DNA of 64,000 bases from an uncultured Dehalococcoidales bacterium. GTDB taxonomy: Bacteria > Chloroflexota > UBA6077 > FW602-bin22. The position numbers were made by a program, and so were the translations under genes. The notes under the pieces were generated by a model. It searched no databases. It saw only the letters and a list, made by a program, of their open reading frames with translations, and had not been told where the DNA came from. The DNA is taken from the NCBI GenBank assembly GCA_964536925.1, contig CAZHZF010000009.1:1724-65723 (forward strand), written 5' to 3'. Position 1 is the stretch's first letter; every line of letters starts with the position of its first letter. Below, piece by piece: positions 7,448 to 16,676 of this stretch.

Positions 7448-8419
7448 GTGCGGGCACTTGTCACCGGCGCCACGGGGTTCATCGGATCGCACCTGGTGGA
7501 CCGTCTCTGTGCGGACGGGTGGAACGTCACCTGTCTGACCAGAGGCTCAACTGGCGGTTGGCTCCGACCGCACGACGTGCGGATCGTTCGCACGGCGTTC
7601 GATGACGTTGGGCGCCTTGCCCACGAGGTGTCGGGTTGTGAACTGGTCTTCCACGTCGCGGGTGCGATCAAGGCGCTGACCTGGGATGACTATCGGCGTG
7701 GCAATGTAGAGGCAACGCGCCACCTGGTCGACGCGTGCCGCTCCGCGGAGCGCCGTCCGGGGCGGCTCGTCATCGTCTCGAGCCAGGCCGCGGGTGGCAC
7801 CGGCACACCGGCGCGCCCGCGTCGAGAGGACGACCCGGATGCGCCGACCTCTGCCTACGGCCGAAGCAAGCTCCTCGCGGAACAGATTGCTCGCGATGCG
7901 ACGGATCTGGATGTCGTCGTCGTGCGGCCTTCGACGGTCTTCGGTCCGCGCGATCCGGCACTCCGGCCCTTCTTTCGGCTCGCCTCGCGCGGAGTCGTGC
8001 CACGCCCTCTCGCCGACCCGATCGTATCGGTCATCTACGTGGCGGACCTCGTGGAGTGTCTGGTCGCCGCCTCGAGCGTGCCCACCGCGCGGGGCCGCGT
8101 GTACCACGCCGCGAATCGGGATCCCGTGAGCTTTCGCGACCTGGGCCGAGCGATCGCCTCGGCGTACGGCGTCCGCGCCCTCGAAATCCCCGTGCCCGAC
8201 CCACTCCTACTGGGCGCCGGCTTTGTTTCGGGTGCGATCGGACGCATCACGGGGAGAGCGCGACCGTTCGACCTCGCCAAGGCGCGGGAGATTCTCCAAT
8301 CGGCGTGGGTCGCCGATACCTCACGCGCGTCGTCGGAGTTGGGCTTCACACCGCGGACGCCATACAGCGAAGGCCTCACGATCACCGCGAACTGGTATCG
8401 ATCGCAGGGGTGGCTCTAG
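7448..8419 (+). CDS. NAD-dependent epimerase/dehydratase family (extended SDR) oxidoreductase
   Basis: 'MRALVTGATGFIGSHLV', 'SS.A', 'YGRSK' (YxxxK). GTG lies 3 nt after the upstream TGA. Confidence 0.85.
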   Translation: MRALVTGATGFIGSHLVDRLCADGWNVTCLTRGSTGGWLRPHDVRIVRTAFDDVGRLAHEVSGCELVFHVAGAIKALTWDDYRRGNVEATRHLVDACRSAERRPGRLVIVSSQAAGGTGTPARPRREDDPDAPTSAYGRSKLLAEQIARDATDLDVVVVRPSTVFGPRDPALRPFFRLASRGVVPRPLADPIVSVIYVADLVECLVAASSVPTARGRVYHAANRDPVSFRDLGRAIASAYGVRALEIPVPDPLLLGAGFVSGAIGRITGRARPFDLAKAREILQSAWVADTSRASSELGFTPRTPYSEGLTITANWYRSQGWL

Positions 8420-8444
8420 CGTCAGTCCGGTGTCTCCGCGGCGA

Positions 8445-9215
8445 TCAGATGTTGCTGCGTGACTGGCCACCATCGACGTTGATGCAGGCGCCGGTCACCA
8501 GGCTCGCTCGATCGGAACAGAGGAACGTCACCACGCTGGCGATCTCCTCCGGCGTACCGAACCGCCCCATCGGCAGATCGGCCGCGATGAAGCGACGCAT
8601 CGCCTCCGGGTCCGCGTCGATGCGTCGCTGCCACGATCCTCCGGGAAAGACTATCGACCCGGGGGCAACCGCGTTGACCCGCACGCCGTGCGGCGCCAAC
8701 TGGCGAGCCATCTGTTTCGCCGTGGCGAGTTCGGCGGCCTTCACCGCGTTGTAGGTGATGGGCCCTCCCGATTCACGGCCGTAGATCGAAGAGATGAACA
8801 CAATCGCGCCGCGACGACGGGCGATCATCTCTGGCACCACCGCACGCGAAGCCCTGACCGCCGGGGTCAGGTTGAGCGCGAAGACCGTCTCCCAATCCGC
8901 ATCCGTAGCCTCCCAGGTCGTTGCACCGCGGCTCCCGCCCACGTTGTTGACGAGAATATCGATCGGTCCGTGCGCGCTCCTCGTCGCATCGATGACGCCC
9001 TGGACTCCCTCCGCGCTGGTCAGGTCGGCGACGACGCCGAGGACTTTGCCTCCGTCGGAACGGATCTCCTTCACCGCCGCATCGACATCCTCGCCATTGC
9101 GGGCGCAGACGGTCACCCGGCACTTCTCGCGCGCCAGTTCCCGCGCAATCGCTCGGCCGATCCCGCGGCTGGACCCGGTGACGACCGCGACACGATCGGT
9201 CAGCCCGAGATCCAC
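8445..9215 (-). CDS. Classical SDR oxidoreductase (FabG-like)
   Basis: 'VAVVTGSSRGIGRAIA', 'NNVG', 'SSIYG...YNAVKAA' (YxxxK), 'PGSIVFPG'. I prefer GTG 9215 (256 aa) over the track start at 9395. Confidence 0.85.
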   Translation of the reverse strand: MDLGLTDRVAVVTGSSRGIGRAIARELAREKCRVTVCARNGEDVDAAVKEIRSDGGKVLGVVADLTSAEGVQGVIDATRSAHGPIDILVNNVGGSRGATTWEATDADWETVFALNLTPAVRASRAVVPEMIARRRGAIVFISSIYGRESGGPITYNAVKAAELATAKQMARQLAPHGVRVNAVAPGSIVFPGGSWQRRIDADPEAMRRFIAADLPMGRFGTPEEIASVVTFLCSDRASLVTGACINVDGGQSRSNI

Positions 9216-9216
9216 C

Positions 9217-9609
9217 TCAGTCCCCTTCCCGGCCGCGGCGACGATCAGGTGGGCCGGGGAAGCGGCGACCGGGCGGTGGTCCGCCGGGGCGCCAACCGGG
9301 GCGCGAGAAACTCCGGCCCTCCCTGTCGGGGGGCGCCCCCCAGGGGGCGCGCGGAGGCGGGCGGGGCGGACGTGGCCGCTCCTCCATCTCTTCAACGCTC
9401 GGGCGTGCCGGAGGCGGCGCGGGTGGCGGCCCCAGCCAGTAGGTCACGACGAAGAATCCATCATTGTCGATCGCAATCGACGACACCTGATCCGGCCTCA
9501 GGTTGAGACGATTCAGATGCTCCTCAAGGCGGTCACTTGTCTCGAACAGACGCACCTGCCAGCGGCGCTCGCGCGTCGCCCGACGACCAGAGTCCTCAGC
9601 TTCGTTCAC
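9217..9609 (-). CDS. Hypothetical protein: ~60-aa folded-looking N-domain plus ~70-aa Pro/Arg/Gly-rich tail
   Basis: GTG 9609. The stop TGA 9219-9217 is separated by 1 nt from the SDR GTG (TGAGGTG). My manual count gives GC3 of ~72-75% in both halves. No family recognised. Confidence 0.5.
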   Translation of the reverse strand: MNEAEDSGRRATRERRWQVRLFETSDRLEEHLNRLNLRPDQVSSIAIDNDGFFVVTYWLGPPPAPPPARPSVEEMEERPRPPRPPPRAPWGAPPDREGRSFSRPGWRPGGPPPGRRFPGPPDRRRGREGD

Positions 9610-9711
9610 CCGAATGCCCTCATCGCTTCGCTTTTCCGGCGCTCTAACGGGCCGAGCGAACGTGCCGCTCCTAGAATCCGGAGTGTGAGAGTGTAGCGTC
9701 GGGGAGCGGGA

Positions 9712-12210
9712 TTGGAGACGTCATCCAGGAATTCGGGACGACGTGAAACCGCGGAACCAGCCGACCTGCCGGACGAGCGCCCTTCCTCTGGTGGCTGGGG
9801 CCTGTTCCTCGTCACCGGGCTCGTCACGTTCTGCCTCGGCCTCCTCCTGATCGCCGTCTTTGGGATCACTCTTGCCCTGATCGGCGCACGATCTCTCGAC
9901 GGCGTAGGTGGGATCATCGACGCCGTCACGCGTGATCTGCCGCCACCCGAGGCGGCGGTGTCACGCGACGTCTTCAAGAGCTCCTTCATCTACGACCGCA
10001 ATGGTGAAGTCCTCTACGAGATCTTCGATCCAAATGGCGGCCGCAGGACGGTCATTCCAATCTCGGAGATCCCGCAGCACCTGGTCGCGGCGACGCTCGC
10101 CACCGAGGACGCGAACTTCTACCAGAATCCCGGCTTCGATCTCCGGGCCATGGTGCGCGCGGTCTGGCAGAACTTCCGCGGTCAGTCGGTGCTCTCCGGC
10201 GCCAGCACGATCACGCAGCAGCTTGTGAAGAACGCCCTGTTCGATCCAGAGGAGCGGGTCGAGCAGTCCTTTGAACGAAAAGCGAAAGAGATTGTCCTCG
10301 CCTACAAGCTCTCGCAGATGTACTCGAAGGATCAGATCCTCGAGCGCTACCTGAACGAGATCAACTACGGCAACCTCGCCTACGGGATCGAGGCAGCTGC
10401 CCGGACCTACTTCGACAAGCCAGCGCGTTCGCTCGACCTGGCCGAGGCAAGCCTTCTCGCCGGCCTGCCCCAGTTGCCCTCGGCCTACAACCCCTTCGTC
10501 AATCTGCGAGCCGCCAAGGAGCGTCAGGCGGAGGTCCTTGGCCTCATGGTGCGTCAGGGATACATCTCCGAGGAGATCGCCGAGGCGGCCCTTCGCCAGG
10601 AGTTGAAGTTCGCCCGGCTGCGCACGGACATCGAGGCTCCGCACTTCGTGATGTACGTGCGGGACATCCTGGAGCGCCGGTTCGGCGTGGCGCGGCTGTA
10701 CTCCGGTGGGTTCCGCGTATTCACCACTCTGGACCTGAACGCGCAGCGCGCCGCCGAGGAGGTGGCCCGATCCCACGTCGCTCGCATTCGCGATCACGAT
10801 GTGGGCAACGCCGCGATCGTGGCGATCAACCCGAACAGTGGCGAGGTGCTGGCGATGGTGGGGAGTGTCGATTACTTCGACAACGCCATCGCCGGCCAGG
10901 TCAACATGGCAAACTCGCTCCGTCAGCCGGGGTCGACACTCAAGCCCTTCACCTATGCAGCGGCGATCGCGCGCGGGACGCACTCCCCGGGGACCATCAT
11001 TCGTGATGAGCCCACGACCTTCCGCGGTGCGGCCGGCGAGCCGTACATCCCCCAGAATCCGGATGGTCGTTTCCGCGGACCGGTCACGCTCCGCTATGCG
11101 CTGGCGAACTCGCTGAACATCCCGGCGCTCAGAGTCGTCAGCGACGTGACGCCGCAGGCAATGATCGACCTGGCGCGTCGGATGGGGATCACGTCCCTTG
11201 GCGACGCGCGGCAATACGGCCTCACCGTCACGCTGGGGAGCGGCGAGGTACGACTGCTGGACCTGACCTATGCGTACACCCCTTTTGCGAACGGCGGATT
11301 CCAGATCGGCCAGCCGGTGGTCGATCCTCGGCCCGGAAGCCGCGAGTTTGAGCCGGCCGTGATTCTCAAGGTCGTCGACGCCGAAGGGCGCGTCCTTGAG
11401 GAGTACAGCCCGCGCCCCGGTAAGCGCGTGATCACTCCGCAGGTGGCCTGGCTCATCAGCGACATCCTCAGCGACGACGAGGCTAGATCGGACACCTACG
11501 GCAGGAACAGCCCGCTGGCGATCGGGCGGCCCGCCGCGGTCAAGACCGGGACCACCGATCGATACCACGATAGCTGGACGATCGGCTACACCCCGGATCT
11601 GGTCGTCGGCGTGTGGGTGGGCAATGCCGACAACAAACCGATGCGGCAGGTTCTCGGCGTTTCCGGCGCCGGTGCCATCTGGAACGGGACAATCCAGCAA
11701 CTTCTCAAGAACACTGCGCCGCGACCCTTTATCCGGCCCGCGGGCCTCGTGCAGGTCGCTATCGATCCACGCACCGGGCTGCGTCCGGCCGCGAACGGGC
11801 CGTCGCGCCTGGAATGGTTTCTCGAAGGTAACGTGCCCACCCAGTGGACCGAGATCCTGCGGTCTCCCACCGCCACAGTCTCCGCTTCGCGGCCGCCGAC
11901 TCCCGTACCGACGGCCACGCCACGTCCCACACCACCCGTGGCGAGGCCGGTGGAACCATCACCCACTCCGGTCGATCCGAACATCGCGACCGTACCGTCG
12001 GTCGTGGGCATGCCCGAGGCTGCCGCCCGGCGGGCGATAGAGCAGGCGGGGCTCAACAATACTTACACAAACTATCAATCCTCCGCGGATGTCGCGGATC
12101 AAGCCTACTTCGCGCGCTTCAGCGCCGGGCAGGTGGTGAGCCAGACGCCTCAGCCGGGTGCGCGCGCCCCGCGCGGCACCACTGTCTTCATCGCTGTCAA
12201 GCGGGGCTAA
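9712..12210 (+). CDS. Class A penicillin-binding protein (PBP1A-type transglycosylase/transpeptidase) with C-terminal PASTA-like domain
   Basis: GT51 motifs 'EDANFYQNPGFD', 'GASTITQQLVKN', 'RKAKEIVLAYKLS'. Transpeptidase motifs 'STLKPF', 'SLN', 'KTGTT'. A P/T-rich linker is followed by 'VPSVVGMPEAAARRAIEQAGL...'. TTG start with an N-terminal TM segment. Confidence 0.9.
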   Translation: METSSRNSGRRETAEPADLPDERPSSGGWGLFLVTGLVTFCLGLLLIAVFGITLALIGARSLDGVGGIIDAVTRDLPPPEAAVSRDVFKSSFIYDRNGEVLYEIFDPNGGRRTVIPISEIPQHLVAATLATEDANFYQNPGFDLRAMVRAVWQNFRGQSVLSGASTITQQLVKNALFDPEERVEQSFERKAKEIVLAYKLSQMYSKDQILERYLNEINYGNLAYGIEAAARTYFDKPARSLDLAEASLLAGLPQLPSAYNPFVNLRAAKERQAEVLGLMVRQGYISEEIAEAALRQELKFARLRTDIEAPHFVMYVRDILERRFGVARLYSGGFRVFTTLDLNAQRAAEEVARSHVARIRDHDVGNAAIVAINPNSGEVLAMVGSVDYFDNAIAGQVNMANSLRQPGSTLKPFTYAAAIARGTHSPGTIIRDEPTTFRGAAGEPYIPQNPDGRFRGPVTLRYALANSLNIPALRVVSDVTPQAMIDLARRMGITSLGDARQYGLTVTLGSGEVRLLDLTYAYTPFANGGFQIGQPVVDPRPGSREFEPAVILKVVDAEGRVLEEYSPRPGKRVITPQVAWLISDILSDDEARSDTYGRNSPLAIGRPAAVKTGTTDRYHDSWTIGYTPDLVVGVWVGNADNKPMRQVLGVSGAGAIWNGTIQQLLKNTAPRPFIRPAGLVQVAIDPRTGLRPAANGPSRLEWFLEGNVPTQWTEILRSPTATVSASRPPTPVPTATPRPTPPVARPVEPSPTPVDPNIATVPSVVGMPEAAARRAIEQAGLNNTYTNYQSSADVADQAYFARFSAGQVVSQTPQPGARAPRGTTVFIAVKRG

Positions 12211-12217
12211 GCGAGTC

Positions 12218-12254
12218 GGGCGTCACGGGCAGATCCGGGCAAGCCGGTGCGCCC
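12218..12254. terminator. Hairpin between the convergent PBP1A and hisF genes
   Basis: gggcg(t)cac ... gtgcgccc forms 8 bp with one bulge. No U-tract. Confidence 0.25.
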
Positions 12255-12257
12255 CAA

Positions 12258-13013
12258 TCACAGACGCACGGGTACTCCGCGCTCCCTCAGGTAGGCCTTC
12301 GCCTCGGGTATCGAGTGCATGCCGTAGTGGAAGATCGAGGCGCAGAGGACCGCGTGGGCATGCCCCTCATCGATTGCCTCGTAGAGGTGCTGCAGCTTCC
12401 CGGCACCGCCTGAGGCGACAACCGGCACGCTCACCGCATCGGCGATCGCCCGCGTGACGCGGAGTTCGTAACCATCCCGCGTGCCGTCGGCGTCGATGCT
12501 GTTGACGACGATCTCCCCGGCGCCGCGCCGCACGCCCTCGCGCGCCCACTCGATCGCGTCACGACCGGTTCTCCGCCGACCGCCGTGGGTGTAGACCTCG
12601 TACATGGACCCGTTCCAGAGCGCATCGATAGAGAGGACGATGCATTGCGACCCGAAACCGTGGGCTCCCGCGTCGATAAGGGATGGGTCTGCCACCGCCG
12701 CGGAGTTGAGGGACACCTTGTCCGCACCCGCACGCAGCATGCGGCGGATGTCGTCAGTCGTCCGTATCCCGCCGCCCACCGTCAGGGGAATGAAGAGTTG
12801 ATCGGCTGTTCGTTCGACGACATCCAGAAAGATCTCCCTCTGTTCTGCCGACGCTGTAATGTCGTAGTAGACGAGTTCGTCCGCACCGTCGGCGTTGTAC
12901 CGCCGGGCGAGTTCGATGGGATCACCCACATCGACGTCCGCAGAGAACTTCTGGCCCCGGATGACACGCCCGGAATGGACATCCAGGCACGGGATGATGC
13001 GGGTCGTGAGCAT
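12258..13013 (-). CDS. hisF: Imidazole glycerol phosphate synthase cyclase subunit
   Basis: 'RIIPCLDV', '[13 protein letters not shown]', 'VVASGGAG'. Confidence 0.95.
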   Translation of the reverse strand: MLTTRIIPCLDVHSGRVIRGQKFSADVDVGDPIELARRYNADGADELVYYDITASAEQREIFLDVVERTADQLFIPLTVGGGIRTTDDIRRMLRAGADKVSLNSAAVADPSLIDAGAHGFGSQCIVLSIDALWNGSMYEVYTHGGRRRTGRDAIEWAREGVRRGAGEIVVNSIDADGTRDGYELRVTRAIADAVSVPVVASGGAGKLQHLYEAIDEGHAHAVLCASIFHYGMHSIPEAKAYLRERGVPVRL

Positions 13014-13015
13014 CG

Positions 13016-13735
13016 TCAGACCGCTGCGGCGCGCGTCACGGCATCGGAGAGTGCGAACCGACCTTCATACAGCGCCCGACCCACGATGACGCCCTCGACG
13101 CCGGTCGCTGCCAGGCGATTGAGGTCTTCCAGGCTAGACACGCCACCGGATGCGATCACGGGCACCGCGACCTCACGCACCAGTTCCGCGATCGCGGCGA
13201 TATTAGGGCCCTCGAGCGCGCCGTCTCGGGCGATATCGGTATAGAAGAGGCGACGGACGCCATCGGACACCAGCCGGCGGGCGAGATCAAGCGCGAGAGC
13301 CGATGAGGTAGCGGTCCAGCCGTCAGTCGCGACCCGCCCGTCACGCGCGTCGATCCCGACGATGACCCGCTCGGGCCAGAGCCGCGCCGCTTCTGCCACC
13401 GTGTGGGGTTGGCGTACGGCGAGCGTTCCGAAGGCGACACGGTCGACTCCGAGGTCGATGAGTTCCCGCGCGCGGTCGAGCGAGCGTATACCGCCGCCTA
13501 CCTGCAGACAGACACCGGGAATGCGTACAAGCCGACTGAGGGCCGAGCGATTATCCGGGCCAGACCCTCGCGCCGCGTCGAGATCGACCACGTGGATCCT
13601 TCGCGCGCCCCCTTCCATCCAGCGGCGCGCAACGCTCTCGGGATCGTGATCGAAGATCGTCTCGCGATCGAAATCTCCCTGAACGAGACGAACTACACGC
13701 CCGTCGCGCAGATCGATGGCCGGGATGACCTCCAC
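13016..13735 (-). CDS. hisA: ProFAR isomerase
   Basis: '[15 protein letters not shown]', 'QVGGGIRS', 'VIASGGVSS'. It lies 2 nt upstream of hisF. Confidence 0.9.
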   Translation of the reverse strand: MEVIPAIDLRDGRVVRLVQGDFDRETIFDHDPESVARRWMEGGARRIHVVDLDAARGSGPDNRSALSRLVRIPGVCLQVGGGIRSLDRARELIDLGVDRVAFGTLAVRQPHTVAEAARLWPERVIVGIDARDGRVATDGWTATSSALALDLARRLVSDGVRRLFYTDIARDGALEGPNIAAIAELVREVAVPVIASGGVSSLEDLNRLAATGVEGVIVGRALYEGRFALSDAVTRAAAV

Positions 13736-13825
13736 GAGCGATCGACTATAAGGCTCCTGACCAGGGTCGCTCCTCGGAACACCCGGCGAGACGATAACAT
13801 CACACCGAAAGGCCCGAGAGGCGAC

Positions 13826-15049
13826 GTGGCACTCCGCAATATCGACTTCGACGCCCTGAGATCACTGCGCGATCGGCACGGCGCGGCCTTTCCGCGCGGT
13901 CGGATCCTGTTCCGCGAGGGGGACACCAGCGCGGAGTTCTACGTGATCCTTCAAGGGTCGGTAGAGCTTTCCATCAAGGACAAGGCCACGGGAAACAAGA
14001 CCGTCCTGCACGTCGCTCAGGCCGGTGCGTTCTTTGGCGAGATGTCGTGCTTCAGTGGGCTCCCTCGTTCGGCCACGGCCACCGCAGCCGAGGACTCCGT
14101 GCTGCTTTTCTTCAACCAGGACACCGCGATCCAGCTGCTGCGGGCCAGTCCTCGCTTCGCGCTCGGTGTCATCCAGACCCTCTGCGATCGCATTCGTGCC
14201 GCGAACGAGCGGATCGCCACTCTTGCCGACTCGGCGGGCGGCACTTCGCCCCCGGTCACCGCGCCTCCGTCCGGTCCACGGGCGATGCCGGCCGGCCTCG
14301 CCCAGACTGCCGCCGCCGCGGCGCGCGCCGCGCGGCCTCAGGAGGCCCGCGAGATCCCGGCCGCTGACTACGATCGCGCGACCCTCTGGGCCAAGACTGT
14401 CGAGTGTCCCGTCAGCAGAACTCGGTTCGGCGCGCTCAACGTCCGGCCCGACGTGCTGTCGGTCAAGAGTCGTGATACGGATTTCCGGGAGGTCTACGGC
14501 GGACCGAATCCGCTCTGGTACCTCGTGTACGTCTGTCCGGAGTGCCGGTACGCGGCGTACCCGGACGACTTTGCCGGACCATCCGCTGACGAGATCGAGC
14601 GCCTGCGCAATTCCACGTCCGAACGCGGGGTGATCGGTGGCTCGTGCGATTTCGCGGGAGCCAGGGGTCTCGCGGATGGAGTGACGGCATATCAACTCGC
14701 CATCGCCTCGTATGCGATGCGCGCGGAGAATCCCCAGCGGCTCGGCGGTCTCTACCACCGCCTGGCGTGGCTGCACCGTGAGGCCGGCGACGCCGACGCC
14801 GAGATGGCGGCACTGCGTCAGGCGGTCGCGGAATACACGCGCGCTGCCAGCGCCTCGTCACCCGCGGATATGACACTCCTTTACACCATCGGCGAACTAC
14901 ACCTTCGGCTCGGCGACCCGTCGAACGCGATCCGATTTTTCGCGCAGACGAGTCAGCACCCGGACTTCAAACGCCAGCCCGACATCCAGCGGCTCTGCCG
15001 GGATCGGTGGACCGCCGCTCGCGCGGCACCGCGCCCGAGTGCGAGCTAA
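13826..15049 (+). CDS. Cyclic-nucleotide-binding domain fused to a DUF2225-like zinc-ribbon/TPR-like domain
   Basis: cNMP motifs 'FREGDTSAEFYVILQGSV...FFGEMS...RSATA'; then 'CPVSRTRF...DTDFREVYGGPNPLWYLVYVCPECRYAAYPDDF'. GTG 13826 is preceded by GAAAGG..GAGAGG. The track ORF start at 13403 runs antisense through hisA. Confidence 0.75.
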   Translation: MALRNIDFDALRSLRDRHGAAFPRGRILFREGDTSAEFYVILQGSVELSIKDKATGNKTVLHVAQAGAFFGEMSCFSGLPRSATATAAEDSVLLFFNQDTAIQLLRASPRFALGVIQTLCDRIRAANERIATLADSAGGTSPPVTAPPSGPRAMPAGLAQTAAAAARAARPQEAREIPAADYDRATLWAKTVECPVSRTRFGALNVRPDVLSVKSRDTDFREVYGGPNPLWYLVYVCPECRYAAYPDDFAGPSADEIERLRNSTSERGVIGGSCDFAGARGLADGVTAYQLAIASYAMRAENPQRLGGLYHRLAWLHREAGDADAEMAALRQAVAEYTRAASASSPADMTLLYTIGELHLRLGDPSNAIRFFAQTSQHPDFKRQPDIQRLCRDRWTAARAAPRPSAS

Positions 15050-15609
15050 GTGCGAGGAGGTGGATCGATGAGGTGCGCGATGGCGCGCTGGGACTCGAGC
15101 ACCAGCGCGATGTGATCGTCGAGGGGTCGGCCCAGAGAGTCCGCCCCCTCGACAATATCCTCGCGCCGCACGGCCCGTGCGAATGCCTTGTCCTTCATCT
15201 TCTTTCGCACGGAGTCGACTGTGACATCGTGAATCGTCCGACTCGGGCGAACGAGAATGACCGCGCCGATGAATCCACAGAGTTCGTCCACTGCGAAGAG
15301 CGCCCGATCCATGGTCGATCGGCGAGACAGACCCAGATGCTCCGCGTGCGCCTGGATCGCGTAGATCGCTGGCTCAGGGACACCGCGCGCGCGCAGGATC
15401 GGCTCACCCGCCTGCGGATGAAGGTCGAGCGTTGGATGGCGCTCGTAGTCGAAGTCGTGGAGAAGTCCCGCCAGACCCCAGAGATCCTCATCCTCGCCGT
15501 AGTGTCGTGCGTAGGCGCGCATCGCCGCTTCGACCGACAGGGCGTGCCGTCGGAGCGCCTCACTCTGCGTCCATTCAGTCAGCAGCGCCCAGGCCTCACT
15601 CCTCAGCAT
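15046..15609 (-). CDS. HD-domain metal-dependent phosphohydrolase
   Basis: 'RHALSVEAAMR', 'AGLLHDFDY', 'AIQAH'. ATG 15609 chosen; an earlier start is possible. Confidence 0.8.
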   Translation of the reverse strand: MLRSEAWALLTEWTQSEALRRHALSVEAAMRAYARHYGEDEDLWGLAGLLHDFDYERHPTLDLHPQAGEPILRARGVPEPAIYAIQAHAEHLGLSRRSTMDRALFAVDELCGFIGAVILVRPSRTIHDVTVDSVRKKMKDKAFARAVRREDIVEGADSLGRPLDDHIALVLESQRAIAHLIDPPPRT

Positions 15610-15778
15610 GCAACGCCGCCCAACGCCGATACAGGACCACGAACGCATCGGAAAGTGCGGCGAACTCACGATCCAGTTCGGCGACACGCGCGTCAGGATC
15701 GTCTGATGGTTCGATGCCGCTTCTGACGAGGAAGATCTGGCGCCGGATCGCGTCGATCCGTGAATCCACAGCGTGCAA
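15596..15778 (-). CDS. Possible small helical protein (~60 aa)
   Basis: Open frame between the isomerase stop (15799) and the HD gene, overlapping the HD start by 14 nt. TTG 15778 or GTG 15769. No clear SD. Confidence 0.25.
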   Translation of the reverse strand: MHAVDSRIDAIRRQIFLVRSGIEPSDDPDARVAELDREFAALSDAFVVLYRRWAALHAEE

Positions 15779-15798
15779 GTCGCGCTCGACGCCGGCGA

Positions 15799-16638
15799 TC
15801 AGACCGTCAGTCCAAGCTGCCGTTCCAGATACTCCTTGCTCATCTGCACCGACTCTCGGGGAGTCCTTCGCGTGTAATCCAGTTCGATGGTCACCCATCC
15901 GCCGTACCCTCGTGTGCGCAGGATCTCGACACAGCCGGAAAGGTCCACCTTGCCGCGCCCGAGTTCAACGAAGTCGCGGATCACCGCGGTTCCGCCTGCT
16001 CCGGTCGCCTCGGGTGGAATATTGGGATCCCAGTCTTTCAGATGCACGTACTTGATGCGCTCCGCGTAGCGCGAGAACAGATCGATCTCCGCGGTCGGGT
16101 GATCCGGATTCCCCTTGCGAAAGTGGGCTGTATCCGCAGCGAGGGCGACGAAACGCGGATCGACCCGATCGAGCACAAAGTCGATCTCACCGATCGTCTC
16201 CAGAACCGTGTTCACGTGTGGATGGATGCACGATTGGACGCCGAGATCGAGCGAACGCCGCCCGATCTCGTTCGCACAATGGACCATGTTCAGAAGGTGC
16301 TCGCGGGTGGGGCCCTGGGCTGGCCGGCGGCCCGGGCCAAGGACCAGGCGATCGGCACCATTCAGACTCAGGAAGCGAGCGATGCGGCTGTTCTGGCCCA
16401 CGAGGGTCTCGAAGCGAGAGCCATCGTGCATTTCCCCGCCGCCATACAGCGCCACCAGGCGCAGTCGGCGCGCCTCGAGAATGCTCCGGAACTCATCGAG
16501 CCGATCGAAGCCGAAGTCATCCACCACGAATGCGAACGCTTCGAAGCCCTCGAAACCCATCTCGGAGATCTCGCGCGTGGCGGTGTCGAACCCATCACGA
16601 CCCCAGGTGATGCCGTGACACGCGATCCGGGGAGCCAT
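15799..16638 (-). CDS. Sugar phosphate isomerase/epimerase (xylose-isomerase-like TIM barrel)
   Basis: 'GFEGFE', 'HPH', 'KYVHLKD' and 'WVTIELD' are typical of AP_endonuc_2/TIM-barrel proteins. Confidence 0.8.
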   Translation of the reverse strand: MAPRIACHGITWGRDGFDTATREISEMGFEGFEAFAFVVDDFGFDRLDEFRSILEARRLRLVALYGGGEMHDGSRFETLVGQNSRIARFLSLNGADRLVLGPGRRPAQGPTREHLLNMVHCANEIGRRSLDLGVQSCIHPHVNTVLETIGEIDFVLDRVDPRFVALAADTAHFRKGNPDHPTAEIDLFSRYAERIKYVHLKDWDPNIPPEATGAGGTAVIRDFVELGRGKVDLSGCVEILRTRGYGGWVTIELDYTRRTPRESVQMSKEYLERQLGLTV

Positions 16639-16676
16639 GGGCGGATGGTAGCGTAGCCGTTCCTATACTCGACGAC

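Noticed and set aside
8445-9395. Extended 316-aa version of the SDR starting at ATG 9395
   Set aside because: The extra 60 aa are R/P/A/G-rich. GTG 9215 gives the canonical SDR N-terminus ('..RVAVVTGSSRGIG') and abuts the stop of the upstream ORF.
9672-9677. TAGAAT as the -10 of a PBP1A promoter
   Set aside because: No acceptable -35 or extended -10 (TG) element is present at the right spacing.
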